Shown: positions 14,536 through 33,799, numbered from the stretch's first letter. The stretch is 64,000 nucleotides of DNA from the human T2T-CHM13v2.0 reference genome, Homo sapiens (GCF_009914755.1 NC_060936.1), one strand, 5' to 3'. A program made the numbers and translations. Notes: generated by a model from the letters alone, not told the origin.

Positions 14536-15500
14536 GTTTTGAGTACTCATTGGTTACTGATCTCTAGCTTCCTAAGAATAGTCATTGTTTTCCTTTGTTT
14601 CTGTCCTTTGTGTGATTTATTATAATGAGGAGAATAGTCATAGTTTTGGAGAATTGTCATAGTTATAGGCATAGGCCCTATAAGCCTGCTGTTTAAGCCA
14701 GCTTCACAGACCCTTGAGTTTACAGTTTATGCTAGAGCAGCATCCATTTAGACAAACTTTGCTGCGGATAACCAATGGGAAAAAACTGGATGAGATTCTT
14801 CTTTTATCTCATTTTGTGTTCTGAGAGTTTAGCTTTGTGACTACTATGGTCTCTGGTAATCAGTTTGGTTTCTGCCAGCTGAGATGGCAAGGTTGTCACA
14901 CTTGAATTGGGCAGCTAGCCAACCAGCTAGGAACCCAAAGCACAAAATGCACAAGCAGCATTTTCTTTGACCAAATCTTGCAGCTGTCAGGAGAGTTTGC
15001 CTTAATAAGGCACCCCAGTCCATTGGGGCCTTTATTGTCATTCTTTGTTGCCTTGTTTGTGCTGGGAAAAGTACCATCCCAGTATTACCTACCTGATATC
15101 ACAGATTAGTGAGTCTGTGATTGAAGGCATCTCACTTTTATGGGAGACTGTAGTTTCCTTATTGACTGCGACAATGAATTTCTTTGCTTTTCAGGCTATC
15201 TTTGGGAGTAACTCTGAATCTTGGGGAGGAGGAGTGGGTACTGCCTCCTTTGAACCCTCTTTGGGAAGGTCTCTTATGTCTATGGTTAAGCTGTAAAAAA
15301 GCTGATTGGTTTAGAGTCACATTGGACTAGGTATACCTTTGAAAATTTGGACTTTATATCCAAAGGGATTTTTTTAAGAGAGCTTGCACCCTAAAACAAA
15401 TGTCCTACTGGTACTGATAGGAAAATCAGATTGCAAGAAAGACAAAAAAAATTTTAATAACTATTTGGAAACAAACTAGACAAAAATCTTAAAAGTCTTG

Positions 15501-16361
<861 letters not shown>

Positions 16362-17708
16362 TCTTCTCTACAAATACTGGTGAAAGATTATAGCCATTAT
16401 TTAGAAGTTTACCTTAACTTGTTCCATCTGCCAAGAACACAAAGTGGATCCAAATATTTTACATAAACTAGTGAGTTTTGTAATATGATGCCTGACTCAT
16501 GGTTAAAAGTTTAAAATGAAAGCTATGAGATTTCTATTGGCATCTGTGTGCTTACATATGCTTATGTGTGTATTTTGCATATTGATCGTTTTCTACCTCC
16601 GGATGGTATTGCCAAAATTTATCAAAGAGCTCTGCATTAATTGGCTTAGAAAACAATAACTGCTCATATACATTAAGTATTATTAAAATCCTCAGAAAAA
16701 ATAGAAATTAACCCAAAATTTGTTTTCAAATTCACATGCTCTGGGCTAATCTTTGGTAAATAACACTAGTTCAGTATTGTTAGTTAAATACAAATAGGTA
16801 TTTCTCTAGATTTGTCAGCATTCAATATAATGTAGACATGCAATTTTATTCTACTTGAGTTTACTAGCCAAATAAGCTGATGTTATCTCTATTTGATGTT
16901 TTGGATTATAAAATTATAATTCAACCAAAGAATCAAATGTACAATAAAAATGAATTGCTTGATGTATGTCAAAGATGGCAGTTAAGAAGAAAGACAGAGA
17001 GCGAGAGCAATATAATTAACTTTTAGGTTCTTTACTTCTGTGATTTTTGATAGCTACCTCACATGCCTGTCACAAATTTGTTAACAAGAAAATAAACTTT
17101 AGATGATGATTAGCTTTATTTAATCTTGCATGAAATTTTCATCAATAATCCAAACATAATTGTTAGGAACAAGTTAATTAAATAGATGTAAGTGGGATAA
17201 AACTCTATAGCTGAACTTTCAACAATAGTTATGTTTTATAATATGTCTGCTTAAATATAGTATCTAAAATCTTTCTGGTAACCTAAAACCTCAAAGATAT
17301 AGAAAGTTTAGTTAAATGAGAGATAGTCATCAAATATTTGATCATTTCTATATATGATATAATACTGAAAATTTAATTAAGTTTATCTATATTTGGCTTC
17401 TTATTACAGAGAGACTAAATAATATTTAAGTCTGTTAGTCAACATATTCTTCTTGCCACACTGAAAAAGTGTACTATGAGGAAACACATGCCTCTAGAAA
17501 TTGTGAAAGGGTGTATTCATAAATATGCTAATCTACAGAATGCCCCTATATATAACAGTTCACAATTTCCTACTTCCTTGTTTTCACTGGAAATTAAGGT
17601 ATTAATCATTGAAAACTCTAATCAATATACATAAATGAACTATTAGGAATAATAAGGGTGAAGGAGAAAAGTCTACATGCAAAGTATACAAAGAAACTAA
17701 GATGTGTT

Positions 17709-17928
17709 GGGCACAGGGAGGGGAACATCACACACCAGGGCCTGTGAGGGGGTCGCGGGCAAGGGGAGGGAAAGCGTTAGGACAAATACCTAGTTCATGC
17801 AAGGTTTAAAACCCAGATGACAGGTTGATAGGTGCAGCAAACCACCATGGCACATGTATACCTAGATAACAAACCTGCACGTTCTGCACATGTATCCCAG
17901 AACTTAAAGTAAAATAAATTTAAAAAAA
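17709..17928 (+). mobile_element. L1PA 3' end fragment
   Basis: GGGGAACATCACACACC...CACATGTATCCCAGAACTTAAAGTAAAATAAA; flanking direct repeat TAAGATGTGTT. Confidence 0.9.
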
Positions 17929-18139
17929 GTAAGATGTGTTTTGACAAGGAAATATATGAAGTATGAAGGATGCATTTTTGTTAAGGAAAAGGGAGAGTAA
18001 TTTTGTCCTACAGTAGTTTAATGTTATTTAAAGATTATTTCAGAGTGAGAAAGAGGAAAATAAAGGACAAAAACTAGGCAGGTATAGGAAATTGTCAAAG
18101 GAGAGAGAGAGAATTTTGTGTAGTCAAATATCTAAAATG

Positions 18140-18455
<316 letters not shown>

Positions 18456-18630
18456 AAATGGATTTATTACAATGTTTAAAAATAAACTCTAATATCAATA
18501 GTGTGCTGATGCAGAACTGGAATTTGGATTGTTGATTTGTTCCTAATAAGAGATCATAAAAGGGTTTCTTTATCTGTTGAGTACTTTGCATAGGAAACAA
18601 AGATTCTGTGACTTACCAGAAATAATTTCC

Positions 18631-18760
18631 CACATGTAGTCCCAGCTACTTGGGAGGTTGAGGCAGGAGGAACCCAGGAGTTTAAGGCTGCAGCGAGCTA
18701 TGATCACAGCACTGCACACTAGCATGGGTGACAGAGCAAGACCCCAAATCTTTTTAAAAA
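18631..18760 (+). mobile_element. Alu right-arm fragment (J/FRAM)
   Basis: TGTAGTCCCAGCTACT...GACAGAGCAAGACCC; flanking AATAATTTC repeat. Confidence 0.85.
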
Positions 18761-19070
18761 TTTAATAATTTCTTATGCTTAATGTTGTCTTTACCATATC
18801 TTTGATTACTTTTTTAAAAAAGAGTCTTCTCACTATGGAAAAAGCTAAGGTTTTGTTTTGGTTTTGGTTTTTTACAATTATGTGACCTTCTGTATTTACC
18901 TTTACAGTAATATTTTCCCTTTGATTAAATAGATAACTAAGTATTGTTTCATAGTTACCTGTTATCCTGTTTTATCAAGGGTTCAAACCTTTTGCAATTT
19001 TTGATAGTCTTCCCCAAATCAAATTCTAAAGTCTTTTAAAATTTTTTTTGTTAAATTTTATTTTTTAAAA

Positions 19071-19869
<799 letters not shown>

Positions 19870-20585
19870 CTAGTCTTTTTCACTTTGAACTAACTTTGAC
19901 ATTCCACAGAACTCTCCTTGAAAATCTCAAAGGATTTGCTCTTTCACATTGAAAAAAAGAGATGTTACACTAATTAGATTTATTTGATACGCTAAATTAC
20001 ATGAGAATCATCGTCAACTAAAATATGATGCTTAACCTTCTTTATGTTATATTTGTATAGGTACGTAATTAATATGTGTTTCAAAACTGTATAAAGTTCC
20101 TAGATATTTATCAATCTTTGCTGTTCATATGTCCTGATACAGTGTTATCTGGACAGTTACTATTATAAAATGCTGTAAGCCACAGAAATAACCAAATTTC
20201 CTTGTTAATTGCACTATAATGAACTCTCATCAGATCTTTAATCATGGTTATTTGTAAGTCTTTTGCCATTCACAGCCAATTATTGTTTTATGATAATTCT
20301 TCTCTGAATGCTTTTGCAATCAACAAGTGAAAATGCTTCATCTTCCCAGAGACCATGGAAAAGACTCAGAGAGGTATTCTCAAGTATTTAAGATTATACC
20401 ACTGGATTGGGTAAAGATTTCCAAAACACTAAAGAAGAAACATGAATTCATAAAGCTGCAAATCCAGCATCAAGCAAAACAAGAATTAATTCCATGGGAC
20501 TGAATGAACTGATAAGAATAATTCTAATGTGTATGGCCCTTTTGTTTGAAACATTACTGGTTCCTTAATGTTTTTCCATATTTAA

Positions 20586-20967
<382 letters not shown>

Positions 20968-21194
20968 AGAAACATTCACTTTTTCTCCCCACCCGATCCT
21001 TCCAGAATTCGGAAATCTTTATTGAATATTCTTATTTTCATGGTGATGTATTTACATATGTTCAGTAAGAATCTCTTGTCCTTATAACAGAATGCAATTT
21101 GAAATATTACTTATATTAGCAAGGCTTTCACTGGAATATCATATTTTAGGATGATGCACATAAAATCAGATAACATCGGACAGTTTTAAGGAAC

Positions 21195-21731
21195 TGTCAG
21201 AAGCACTTGAACAAGAGCAACTCCATCTTGAATAGGGGCTGAGTAAAATGAGGCTGAGACCTACTGGGCTGCATTCTCAGATGGTTAGGCATTCTAAGTC
21301 ACAGAATGAGATAGGAGGTCGGCACAAGACACAGGTCATAAAGACCTTCCTGATAAAAACAAGTTGCAGTAAAGAAGCCGGCCAAAACTCACCAAAACCA
21401 AGATGGTGATGAGAGTGGCCTCTGGGTGTCCTCACTGCTACACTCCCACCAGCACCATGACAGTTTACAGATGCCATGGCAACGTCAGGAAGTTACACTG
21501 TATGGTCTGTAAAGGGGAGGCATGAATAACCCATCCCTTGTTGAGCATATCATCAAGAAATAACCAGCAGTGCTGGCGCTGATCTGTCTATGGAGTAGCC
21601 ATTCTTTCATTCCTTTACTTTCTTAATAAACTTACTTTCACTGTAATCTATGAACTCGCCCCAAATTCTTTCTTGCTTGAGATCTATGAACCCATTCTGG
21701 GGGTCTAGATCAGGACCCCTTTCTGGTAACA
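21195..21731 (+). mobile_element. MER41 solo LTR (MER41A-like length, 537 bp)
   Basis: TGTCAGAAGC...CTCCATCTTGAATAGGGGCTG...GGTAACA; 4-bp near-TSD GAAC/AAAC. Confidence 0.88.
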
Positions 21732-22987
21732 AAACTAATGCTGACTTTATGAAGCCAGTGCTTAAAAAGCCCCTTGAAATATTGGCCTGGTACCTGATTA
21801 ACAGGGTTCCCAACCTAACAGGTGAGTAAAAAAGGTCACTTCTTGGTAGGCCCAGGAAGCTGAAAATATTTTGGGGACCTCAAGAAAAAAGGAATTCACC
21901 CAAATCTGTAGGTATTGCTGGTGAAGGCTGATGGATTGGTTTCCAGCTTTGATAGGCTTTAACAGTCTAACCTGAAATTCCTTATTAAAAGTTGCAACAA
22001 AGCAGACTCAAAAAGAGCTTACATTGTCAATCATTATTCTTGCTATTTTTATGTAATAATCAGGCCAAGGTCAATGAGATTGACTTATTTTGCAACAAAA
22101 ATAGTGTTACTTTGATTATCTTTCATAGAAATAGGGGTGATTGTAGAGAGAACTATGCTGTTTCAATTGAAAACTATAGCACACCCTTGTGGATTGTCAA
22201 ATTCTAGCCGTGTTCACTGCCTTTCAGCTTTTTTAACCTCTCTGTAAACTGACTCCTGCTGTGTTTTGCATTTTGTCAGTAATTAACATTTCTGATTTTA
22301 ATCTCACCTGATTTGGCACCACTGAGAACTAAAACCTGACTGCCTAGATCCGTATTGACACTACCCAGAAAAAGCCCTGCAAGCTGAAACTGGGCCCTTC
22401 CGTGCTCTGCTCTGAGAAATAACCATAACTGTCACATTGTATATGCCATTCCCAGAGACATTCAAACCACAAACCCAGAAACACTTCAGACTGCCACGGC
22501 CCGTCCTCCTTCTATCACCTAGAGATGCGTTGAGCCCAACATTCAGAAATCTTCTCAACTGATTGCCCTCTGGCCTCAGAAACTGGGTTTATAAACAGTT
22601 CTATCTATTAACCTTGGTTTTCTTTTGTTTCCATAGAAAGGTCCTCATTAAATGTCTTACAGCACCATATAGAGACCTAACCGGTGGGCACCCTATTCCC
22701 TCTGGCAACACAATCTCTTGAGATACAACTTTCTGAGTAAACTGAACTCTTATACACTGTTGGTAGGAATGTAAGCTATTCCCAGGACTGAGAGACTGGT
22801 TCAGTGAGATGGGGCAATGTGTTTAAATTTGTCCTTTTCTGCTTACTCACTCTCGTTCCAATCTGTTTTCCTTCCCTTTGCAGATCTCTTATCTTGCAAC
22901 ACCTAATCCGAATCTCTCTCAACAGCTACAAACTTGGCTTTTGATGTATGAAACGTCCTGAGAAAAAGAAAGTTTCAAAGGGTGGGA

Positions 22988-23521
22988 TAAAGGGTTCCAG
23001 AATATGCCACCCAATATATGGATTATTTTGAGCTAAAAGCAACTGAGAACCAACAGACACAGGAAAGGCTCTTTCTGTCCCCTAACTGCCTAAAAGCAGA
23101 ATATAAATTTCCCCTTTTGTAAAGGAAATTTATATTTATAAAGTAAATTTCTCTTGGTGAAGATTCCTCTGTACCAGAAAGAGAGCTAGGCCTGGGGATA
23201 ACCCATCACCTGAGACACTCTTACCTGCATAACCCTTATTTACATACACGTATACATTTCCTGCCTTACTTTCTCAGGACTTGTCTTCTCTACTCAGAAG
23301 CCCCAAACCCCTTTCCCTTTGTTTAGTCTGAGATGCTATATAAGCTTCAATCATCTGGGTCTCCTTGAGTCTTTTCTTTGTGATACTCCCACGTGTATGT
23401 ATGCACATAATTAATCTGTTTTTTTCCTCTTGTTAATCTATGTTTTGTTAGTTTAATTTCCAGGGCCTCAGCCATAGAATCTATTGGGTAGAAGGAGAAA
23501 AAGTTATTTGTCTCCCCTAGA
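22988..23521 (+). mobile_element. MER34-family LTR (3' LTR)
   Basis: Colinear similarity with 8215-8747 (e.g. CCCCTTTTGTA..GAAATTTA.ATTTATAAAG); preceded by a polypurine tract. Confidence 0.78.
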
Positions 23522-23635
23522 AGCCAAAATGCAGTCCTAGCCATAGCAATCAAGCAAGAGAAAGAAAAAAAAAAAAAAGGCATCCACATTGGAAAAGAGG
23601 AAGTCAAGTTGTCTCTCTTTGCAGATGACATGATT

Positions 23636-23752
23636 TTATATATATGTATATATATATGTATATATATACATATATATACATATATATATACATATATATA
23701 CATATATATATACATATATATACATATATATATACATATATATATATATATA
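23636..23752. repeat. Interrupted (TA)n/(TACA) microsatellite
   Basis: ~115 bp of TA repeats with periodic C interruptions. Confidence 0.97.
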
Positions 23753-25300
23753 CCTAAAGACTCCAATTTAAAAAAAAAAAACCTCTAAGAACTGATAAAT
23801 TCAGTAAGGTTGCAGGATACAAAATCAACATACAAAAATCAGTAGTGTTCTATACACCAATAACAAAGTAGCTGAAAAGAAAATCAAGAAAATAATCACA
23901 TTTACAGTAGCTACAAAAATAATAAAATATCTAGGAATAGATTTAATCAAGGAGGTGAAAGACCTCTACAGGGAAAACTATAAAACACTAATGAAAGAAA
24001 TTGAAGAGGAAACAAACAAATGAAAAGACATCCCACACTCATGGATTGAAAGAATTAATATTGCTAAAATGAACATACTATCCAAAGCAACCTACAGATT
24101 TAATGCAATTCCTACCAAAATATCAATGACATTCTTCACAGATATTTTTTTTTAAATCCTAAAAATCATATGGAACCACAAAAGACCCTGAATAGCCAAA
24201 GCAGTCAGGACTTAAGCAAAAAGCACAAAGCGAGGCATTACACTACCTAACTTTAAAATACACTACAAAACTACAGTAGCCAAAACAGCATGGAATTGAT
24301 ATAAAAACAGACACATAGACCACTGGAACAGAATAGAGAGAGCCAAGAAGTAAATCCACGTATTTATAGCCAACTGGTTTTTACAAAGACACTAAACACA
24401 TTGGGAAAAGGACACCATCTTCAGTAAATGGTGCTGGGAACTCGGTAACCATATGCAGAAAAATAAAGCTGGACCCCTGTCTCTCACCCTATACAAAAAT
24501 TAACTCAAAATGGGTTAAAAAGTTAAACCTAAGAGCAGAAACTATAAAACTACTAGAAGAAAACATAGGGGAAACACTCCAGGACATCAGTCTAGGCAAA
24601 GATTTTATGGCTAAGACCTCCAAAACACAGGCAACAACAACAAAAATAGACAAATGGGACTATATTAAGCTAAAAACTTCTTCACTGCAAAGGAAACAAT
24701 CAATAGATTGAAGAGACAACCTGTAGAATAGAAAAAACTATTTGCAAACTATTCATCCAACAAGGGTCTAATTTCCAAAATTTACAAGGAACTCACACAA
24801 TTTAACAGCAAAAATATAAATAATCCAACTAAAAAGTGGGCAAAAGATCTGGATAGACATTTCTCAAAAGCAGACATATAAATGGCTAAAAGTTATACGA
24901 AAAATGTTCAATATCACTAGTCATCAGGAAAACACAAATCAAAATTGCAATAAGAAATCATCCACTCCAGTTAGAATGGCTATTATCAAAAAGACAAAAA
25001 ACAACAGATGTTAATGAACGTGCAGAAAAAAGGGAACTCTTATACAATGTTGGTAGGAATGTAAGCTAGTATAACCATTATGGAAAACAGTTTGGGGTTA
25101 CCTCAAAAAATTAAAAATAGAACTACCATATGGTTTAGTAATCCCACTACTGAATATTTATCCAAAGGAAAATAAATCAGTATATCCATGGGATACCTGC
25201 ACCTCCATGCTTATTGCAGCACTATTCACAATAGCTAAGATATGGAATCAAACTGCCTTCATCAGTGGATGAATGGATAAAGAAAATGTGGTATATATAC

Positions 25301-25546
<246 letters not shown>

Positions 25547-25653
25547 TTCAGCCTTTAAAAAGAATGCAATCCTGTCATTTGCAGCAGCACAGATGAAACT
25601 GAAGGTCATTATGTTAAGTGAAATAGGTCAGGAAGAGAAAAACAAATATTCAT

Positions 25654-26240
<587 letters not shown>

Positions 26241-27067
26241 AAAAGACAAATAACACATGTTCTCACTCATATGTGGGAGCTAAAAAGTTGATTTCATGGA
26301 GACAGAATAGAAGAATGACTGTTACCAGAAACTTGGAAGGTGGAGAATGCAAGGATGAAGAGAGGTTGGTTAATATGTACAAACATACAGTTGGGCAGAA
26401 GGAAAAAGTTCTAGTGTTGGGCAGCACAGTAAGGCAACTATAGTTAACAATATATTGTATATTTCAAAGCAGCTAGTAGAGAAGATTTGAAATGTTCCCA
26501 ACACAAAGAAATGATAAATGTTCAAGGTAGATTTCCTAAATACCTTGATCATTACACATCGTATCCATGTATGAAAATATCACATGTATTCCATAAGTAT
26601 GTACAATTATTATGCATCAATAAAAAAACTTTTAACCCAAAATGCAAACTGGAGAATTTTACAAAGAATTTGTTATTTAAGGGTTCAGCAAAAGGTTTTC
26701 TAGAAAGAAAAATGAACAGACGGCACAAGACTCTTTTGCTTCAGGAGAGGAAGGATCCAGGCCCGGTACTGCTGCAAGACAGCAGGATTTATACCAAAAA
26801 TTATTGTGTAAGTTTACTATAAATATTAATAGACGGAAGTCGCAGAGTTTTATTTAAGATCCTGACCAGTGCCAAAACAACAGGGAGGCAGTAATGTGGA
26901 CTGTTAACAAACCTCAGAAGAAACAATTGGATATGTGTGTAATTCACATACAAAAGTGAGCAGAGTAGGGTGTATGTCTTTTCTGTGTCACTGATGGGTT
27001 GGGTCACTCCGGGACAAACAATTCAATTCTCTAAGGCTCAGTTTCAGCCATGAGGTGAGGAATTGGG

Positions 27068-27553
<486 letters not shown>

Positions 27554-28166
27554 AGCAAGCCACTGGACAGATGATCTCTAGGTCCCTAATAGCTATAAAC
27601 ACACAAATTTAATTGTAAGCTAAGGAGGAAAATTATAAGCTGAGTGGTCCTAGTATTTGGCATAGTAAATTTTTAAAAGATATTCAAAAGAATGACATAA
27701 TTATTTTTGGAATGGTACAAATGTTTGCCATTGAATTTTACGAGATGTGAGAATGGCGTGTACACATACAAGGAGTATTCCAACCATGAAATGACCTGAG
27801 TTGAAATAAAGCTAAAGACTACAAGTGCTAAGACAAGGATGGTCACATACGCAGTGGGAGTAATTTCCATACGAGGAATGTACATACCAAGACTGGCTCA
27901 GTGTGCGGACAGCCAAGGGAAGTGGAACTTTCAGTGTTCAAAGTTCTACAGTTTTTTTAAAATACACGTATAGATTAGTTAATGAACTACTTTATAATTA
28001 GCTGCTTTGTATTAACATTGCAAATGTTTAAAAAAAAATCTTCTAGGCTCATTGAAGTTTTAGTGGTATCATAGGGCCTAAAACTATAAAACAAAAGAAA
28101 TCAACTTCTCTCTGTCCAGGCTTAGTTGAAGATAATAGGATCTGAAACTGAGAGGTTTTAGTTTGA

Positions 28167-28780
<614 letters not shown>

Positions 28781-29824
28781 TAGTTTGACTTCTATACCAT
28801 CCTGTTTCTGGCCTTCTCCCTTCACCTTCAGATACCTGCTCTTTAATTTATTTTCCTTGTCAGTCATGTGTGTTGGTTAATTCATTGACTGCTTACACTT
28901 GTATATGAATAAACTTCACAATGCTCTTTCAATCAAGCATTTTCATTTTGTTTTTAATAATGAATTCTAAAAGGAAAGATCCTGTCTATCTATTAAAGGA
29001 GCTCCAGATATCTCTTAATAGGTAGGGAAATTGTTGGAAGGAGCAGAAAAGCCTCCAAGACAGTAAGAGTTCTTAAAGTAGACTGAGTGACCTTCTTGGC
29101 GTAGGGTTGGGAATAGCAGTTGTAGAGGAGATGGTAAAGGACGCAGTCCAGGAAATTGTGGTAAAAATTAATACAGAATACACTGGCTGCTTTGCTAAGG
29201 AACTTTCTCCCCCAGCAAGGACAATCTGCCAGGTGGCTAGGCAAGATGGTCTGTATTTGTTGTCATGAAACCTGTGTGGAGTTTCTTCCAGGAGTGAAGC
29301 CTTCCTGCCCTACAGTTCAGCTCTCCTGCCTCCTTCCTGCTTCTGTGCCCCATCTTTTCATGCATGAATACAGATCAGCTTCTCTCTCCTTCCCCTAATC
29401 ATAATCCATCTGCTGTCCCAGGAGCCAGGGCTGCTGTGTCAGTTCTTTGAGTGGTGCCCTACACAAAAGAACTGGCTTAAGTGGCGCCCTGCCAAGTGGA
29501 CTAATGAAGGCTGAAATCTAGCCCATGCTTCCCTCACCAAACCCTGAGCTTGTGGGTTACTTATTTCTAACTCACACAGAGGTACTCTATGGGCTAGCTG
29601 CAACCATGGCATAACCCCTGTGTTGTGTTTTGGGACACTATAGTAGTGCTCTTAAGAAACAAAAACAAAAAACAACTCCTCTTAACATACTCTCTAGACC
29701 GAGCCATGCTTTTCATGTCCTCTGTAAAACACAGTGACATGTGTCTGTGGCACACCCAAGCCAGCTGTTGGTAGGCTGCTCCTAGTATGCCCCGGGCACC
29801 TCCACTCCCTCCAGTTATGCTTTA

Positions 29825-29901
29825 TGTATACACCAAGCATCCTTACGTGTTCCCAGAATGGTGTATACACCAAGCATCCTTATGTGTTCCCAGAATGGTG
29901 T
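29825..29901 (+). repeat. 37-bp tandem duplication (2 copies)
   Basis: TGTATACACCAAGCATCCTTA(C/T)GTGTTCCCAGAATGG x2, one mismatch. Confidence 0.95.
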
Positions 29902-29929
29902 CTGCTCATTGTGCTTGTTATTTTAATTA

Positions 29930-30435
29930 TCCAAATTAATGAATGAACTGACAAAATTGTGTAAAAAAAACAGTGTCATGGTTTCTTTGAAAACTAATTT
30001 CAACACGTTGCAAAGATTGAAAAAGGGTAAGTAGTAGAAATAGCTGTTGATTTAGTTGTGGGGAGGCAGCTATAAAAGATTGGCAAAAGAAAAATGCAAT
30101 GCCTAAGATTCTGTGCTCTAATTGCTTTACGTGCGTTTTGAAGTCCTTGATTCACTTTAAAGAAACTCAAGCTTAGAAGTCATAGACCATGAATTATGGA
30201 TGTAGTTTATGAAAAAAAAGATGTGTCACTATAATCAGCAGACCCATGCTAAAAATAATAAAATAAAATATATCTTTTCAAAAAGCTTTGGCCCTACATT
30301 AAAAAACATATATTTAGATGTTTTAAGGTAAAACACAATGTTCAAGATATGTGTGTGTATTATTTTAGTGAATTTTTCTATTAATCGATTGTTGACTATA
30401 CCCAGTTCAGATCATGTCATATAAGACTTCTACAG
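29930..30435 (+). mobile_element. Tigger/pogo-type DNA transposon relic
   Basis: Decayed HTH/CENP-B-like transposase fragments (QRLKKG, AVDLVVGR, IKDW, ELWM). Confidence 0.55.
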
Positions 30436-31148
30436 TATTTTATTTTGTGCCTAATGAGATTTGTGTGTGGTGGTAGACTGTTGCCCTTTGTGATGCCTTT
30501 CTATGTAATTTCAAATATGCTATATTATATGTGCCTTTGGTAACAGTATTTCTGACAACAAAGCAATATTGTCTCACAAGAATTCTCAGTAACAATCATA
30601 CAATCACACCTAGGCCAATCCAAAATATTTTTTAAAAGCTTTTTTAAGTCTAGTTTGACTTCTAAAATATACTTTACTACAGATTACCACAAGACACACA
30701 TTTGGTCTGGCAACCACTGAATCAATATTTGGCACCTCTGCTGGGAATTTTGTAAAAATTGCCTTTTAAGTTCAAACTGACTAGGAAGCTAGTAATGTAT
30801 TCACTTCTAAAAAAAAGAAAGAAAGAAACCTCGGTATAACAAACTCAGATCCTTTCATAGGAAGGATAATTTAATATGAGGTTAATTATTCATTAAGGGA
30901 GGAAGGAAGAAGACTAGAAAAGAAGTTTTGTTTCATCATTTCCCAACCATTTGGAATCAAATAATTGTACAACTTGGGAAGTGCGGAGGAACTTACAAGT
31001 CAGAAAGCTGTACCTTTATCCTATAGCAGAAATGTCTTCTTCAGATCAAATGGTTCCCCACTCTGTTTTGTTACCAATAGTGAGATGTTCCCAGGTCTAG
31101 AAAGGCACATGCTTTATTGAAAAGCTCAACTTAGAAAAATCCTTTCTT

Positions 31149-31473
<325 letters not shown>

Positions 31474-32011
31474 ACCAGAAAAATTCTTTCTTAGAGTGAG
31501 TGCTAGTCTGTCACTTTATCATGTCCACTTTGGGGTATTAGTTCTGAAATTTGCAGATTTGAACATTTCCACCCTTGTATATTTTCAGAGAACTGAGTAT
31601 ATTTAACCTGGAGAAAAGATGTATGCATGTGTCCTAGAGGGATTGGTGTGAAGGGTACATAAGGAAAAACTACCTAGCTATTAATTTTGCAATGGAAACA
31701 TTGTGGAGGTTTGCCTTAAAAAGTAGTGAGCTCAGGTGTTCCAGGAGAGAGCAGTGATTATTTACTGAGAGGTCTTTAGGGTGAGATTCTTACTGGATAG
31801 AAGATTAGAATAAGAAGCCTCTCAAGTTACATAATTTGAAAAGTCTATACTATACTTGGCATTCACCATGACATTCTACTCTATAGCATATTTGGTTTCT
31901 CCAAATTTTCTTCGTATGCTATAGCTTCCAGATCTTTTTACTTTTCTAGTCAATCTGTTATGAAAACATATTAACGTAATAAATATCCTTTAAATTTTAT
32001 ATTCAAAATTA

Positions 32012-32304
32012 ATTTTTTTAAGAGACAGGGTCTCACTCTGTTGCCCGAGCTGAAGTGCAGTGGTGCAATCGTAGCTTACTGCAACCTTGAACTCCTCGCC
32101 TCAAGTGATCCTCCCACTTCAGCCCCCCAAGTAGGTGGGACTACAGGTGTGCATCACCAACCCCAGCTAATTTTTTAAATTTTTTGTAGAAATGGGGTCT
32201 CGCTACGTTGCCCAGGTTGGTCTCCAACTCCTGGCCTCAAGCAACCCTCCCACCTCCACCTCCCAGAATGCTGAAATTAGAGGTGTGAGCCACCATGCCA
32301 GTCC
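32012..32304 (-). mobile_element. AluJ
   Basis: Antisense dimer, flanking CAAAATTAA repeat. Confidence 0.93.
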
Positions 32305-32537
32305 CCAAAATTAAATTTTATAATCAATAAACATGATGCAGGAATGAGGTCATGAGGAAATAACCTCTCTGTGGGGACCCTGATAGTGTTAGTAAAAACT
32401 AATATGAAATTAACTGCTGCTAAAGAGCCTTGGAAAACACAGATTTCCACTAAAGTGATGAGAATTCATCCTTAGGACTGGAATGCAATTTACAAATCAA
32501 TAAGTGAATAAATTATTTTGTAGCTTATTTAAAGAAA

Positions 32538-32796
32538 TATAGGTCAAGAATCCCATATCTGCAATCCCAAAAAAATATTAAAAACAAGTTTTTTTCATAA
32601 CCAATTGAGTGGCAGAACCTGATGTAAACTACTGGAGGATACTTAATTATTTGTATTTATCCTCTTCACACATTTGGCTGCTGAACTATTTGAGTGTTTG
32701 ACTTGGAAGTGTACTATATGGCCTTTCTAAATCCAAATATCCGAAATCAGGAGCACATCTGGCCATACAATTTTGGCTTAGGCACTAGGAACCTGT
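32538..32796. mobile_element. MER46C/Tigger-derived MITE (approximate)
   Basis: TATAGGTCAAGAATCCCATATCTG...ACACATCTGGCC-like...GAACCTGT with imperfect terminal repeats. Confidence 0.45.
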
Positions 32797-32962
32797 CTCA
32801 TACGTGAAAGGAGACTGATGGTGGGTGGTATCTGTGTTATCTGCAAGAAAAAGGAAAAGGGATTCCACTTTGAATAGCATGGTGTACCACTCTGAAGGGC
32901 ACAATAATACAAATAAAAACAATTAGATACTGAATAAAACCTACTTTTAATTCCATGTTGGG

Positions 32963-33425
<463 letters not shown>

Positions 33426-33436
33426 TCAAGATAACA

Positions 33437-33795
33437 TATTAGTCACAATAGGCTACATTATGCCGTGGTGATAAATTAACTTCAGTACTCACCAACATCA
33501 CAGAAAATTTATTTCTCACTCTTGCCGCATACCAGTGCAGGCTGGTAGGAGACTCTGCTGCACATAGTCATTGAAGGGCTTGATTGATAGACGCTTTTCC
33601 ATTCAGCATGTTGTAAGTTGTTGCAACAGGATAAAAGAACACATGGAGACCCCCAAATTCAAACTCAGCCTTGGACCAGAAGTGACACATGTCACTTTCA
33701 TTCCTATTGCCCAGCATCATTCATGTTGCCTCCTCTAAATGCAGGTGTCATGTAGGGCAGACAAGAAATATTTGCTGATCATTACTGTCTCTTCC
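33437..33795. mobile_element. Old MLT1-type MaLR LTR
   Basis: TTAGTCACAATAGGCTACATTATGC...AATTTATTTCTCACTC...CCAGAAGTGACACATGTCACTT. Confidence 0.5.
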
Positions 33796-33799
33796 ATAA

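Noticed and set aside
23347-23766. 139-aa Ile/Tyr-rich ORF
   Set aside because: Artefact of the (TA)n microsatellite plus L1 and LTR sequence.
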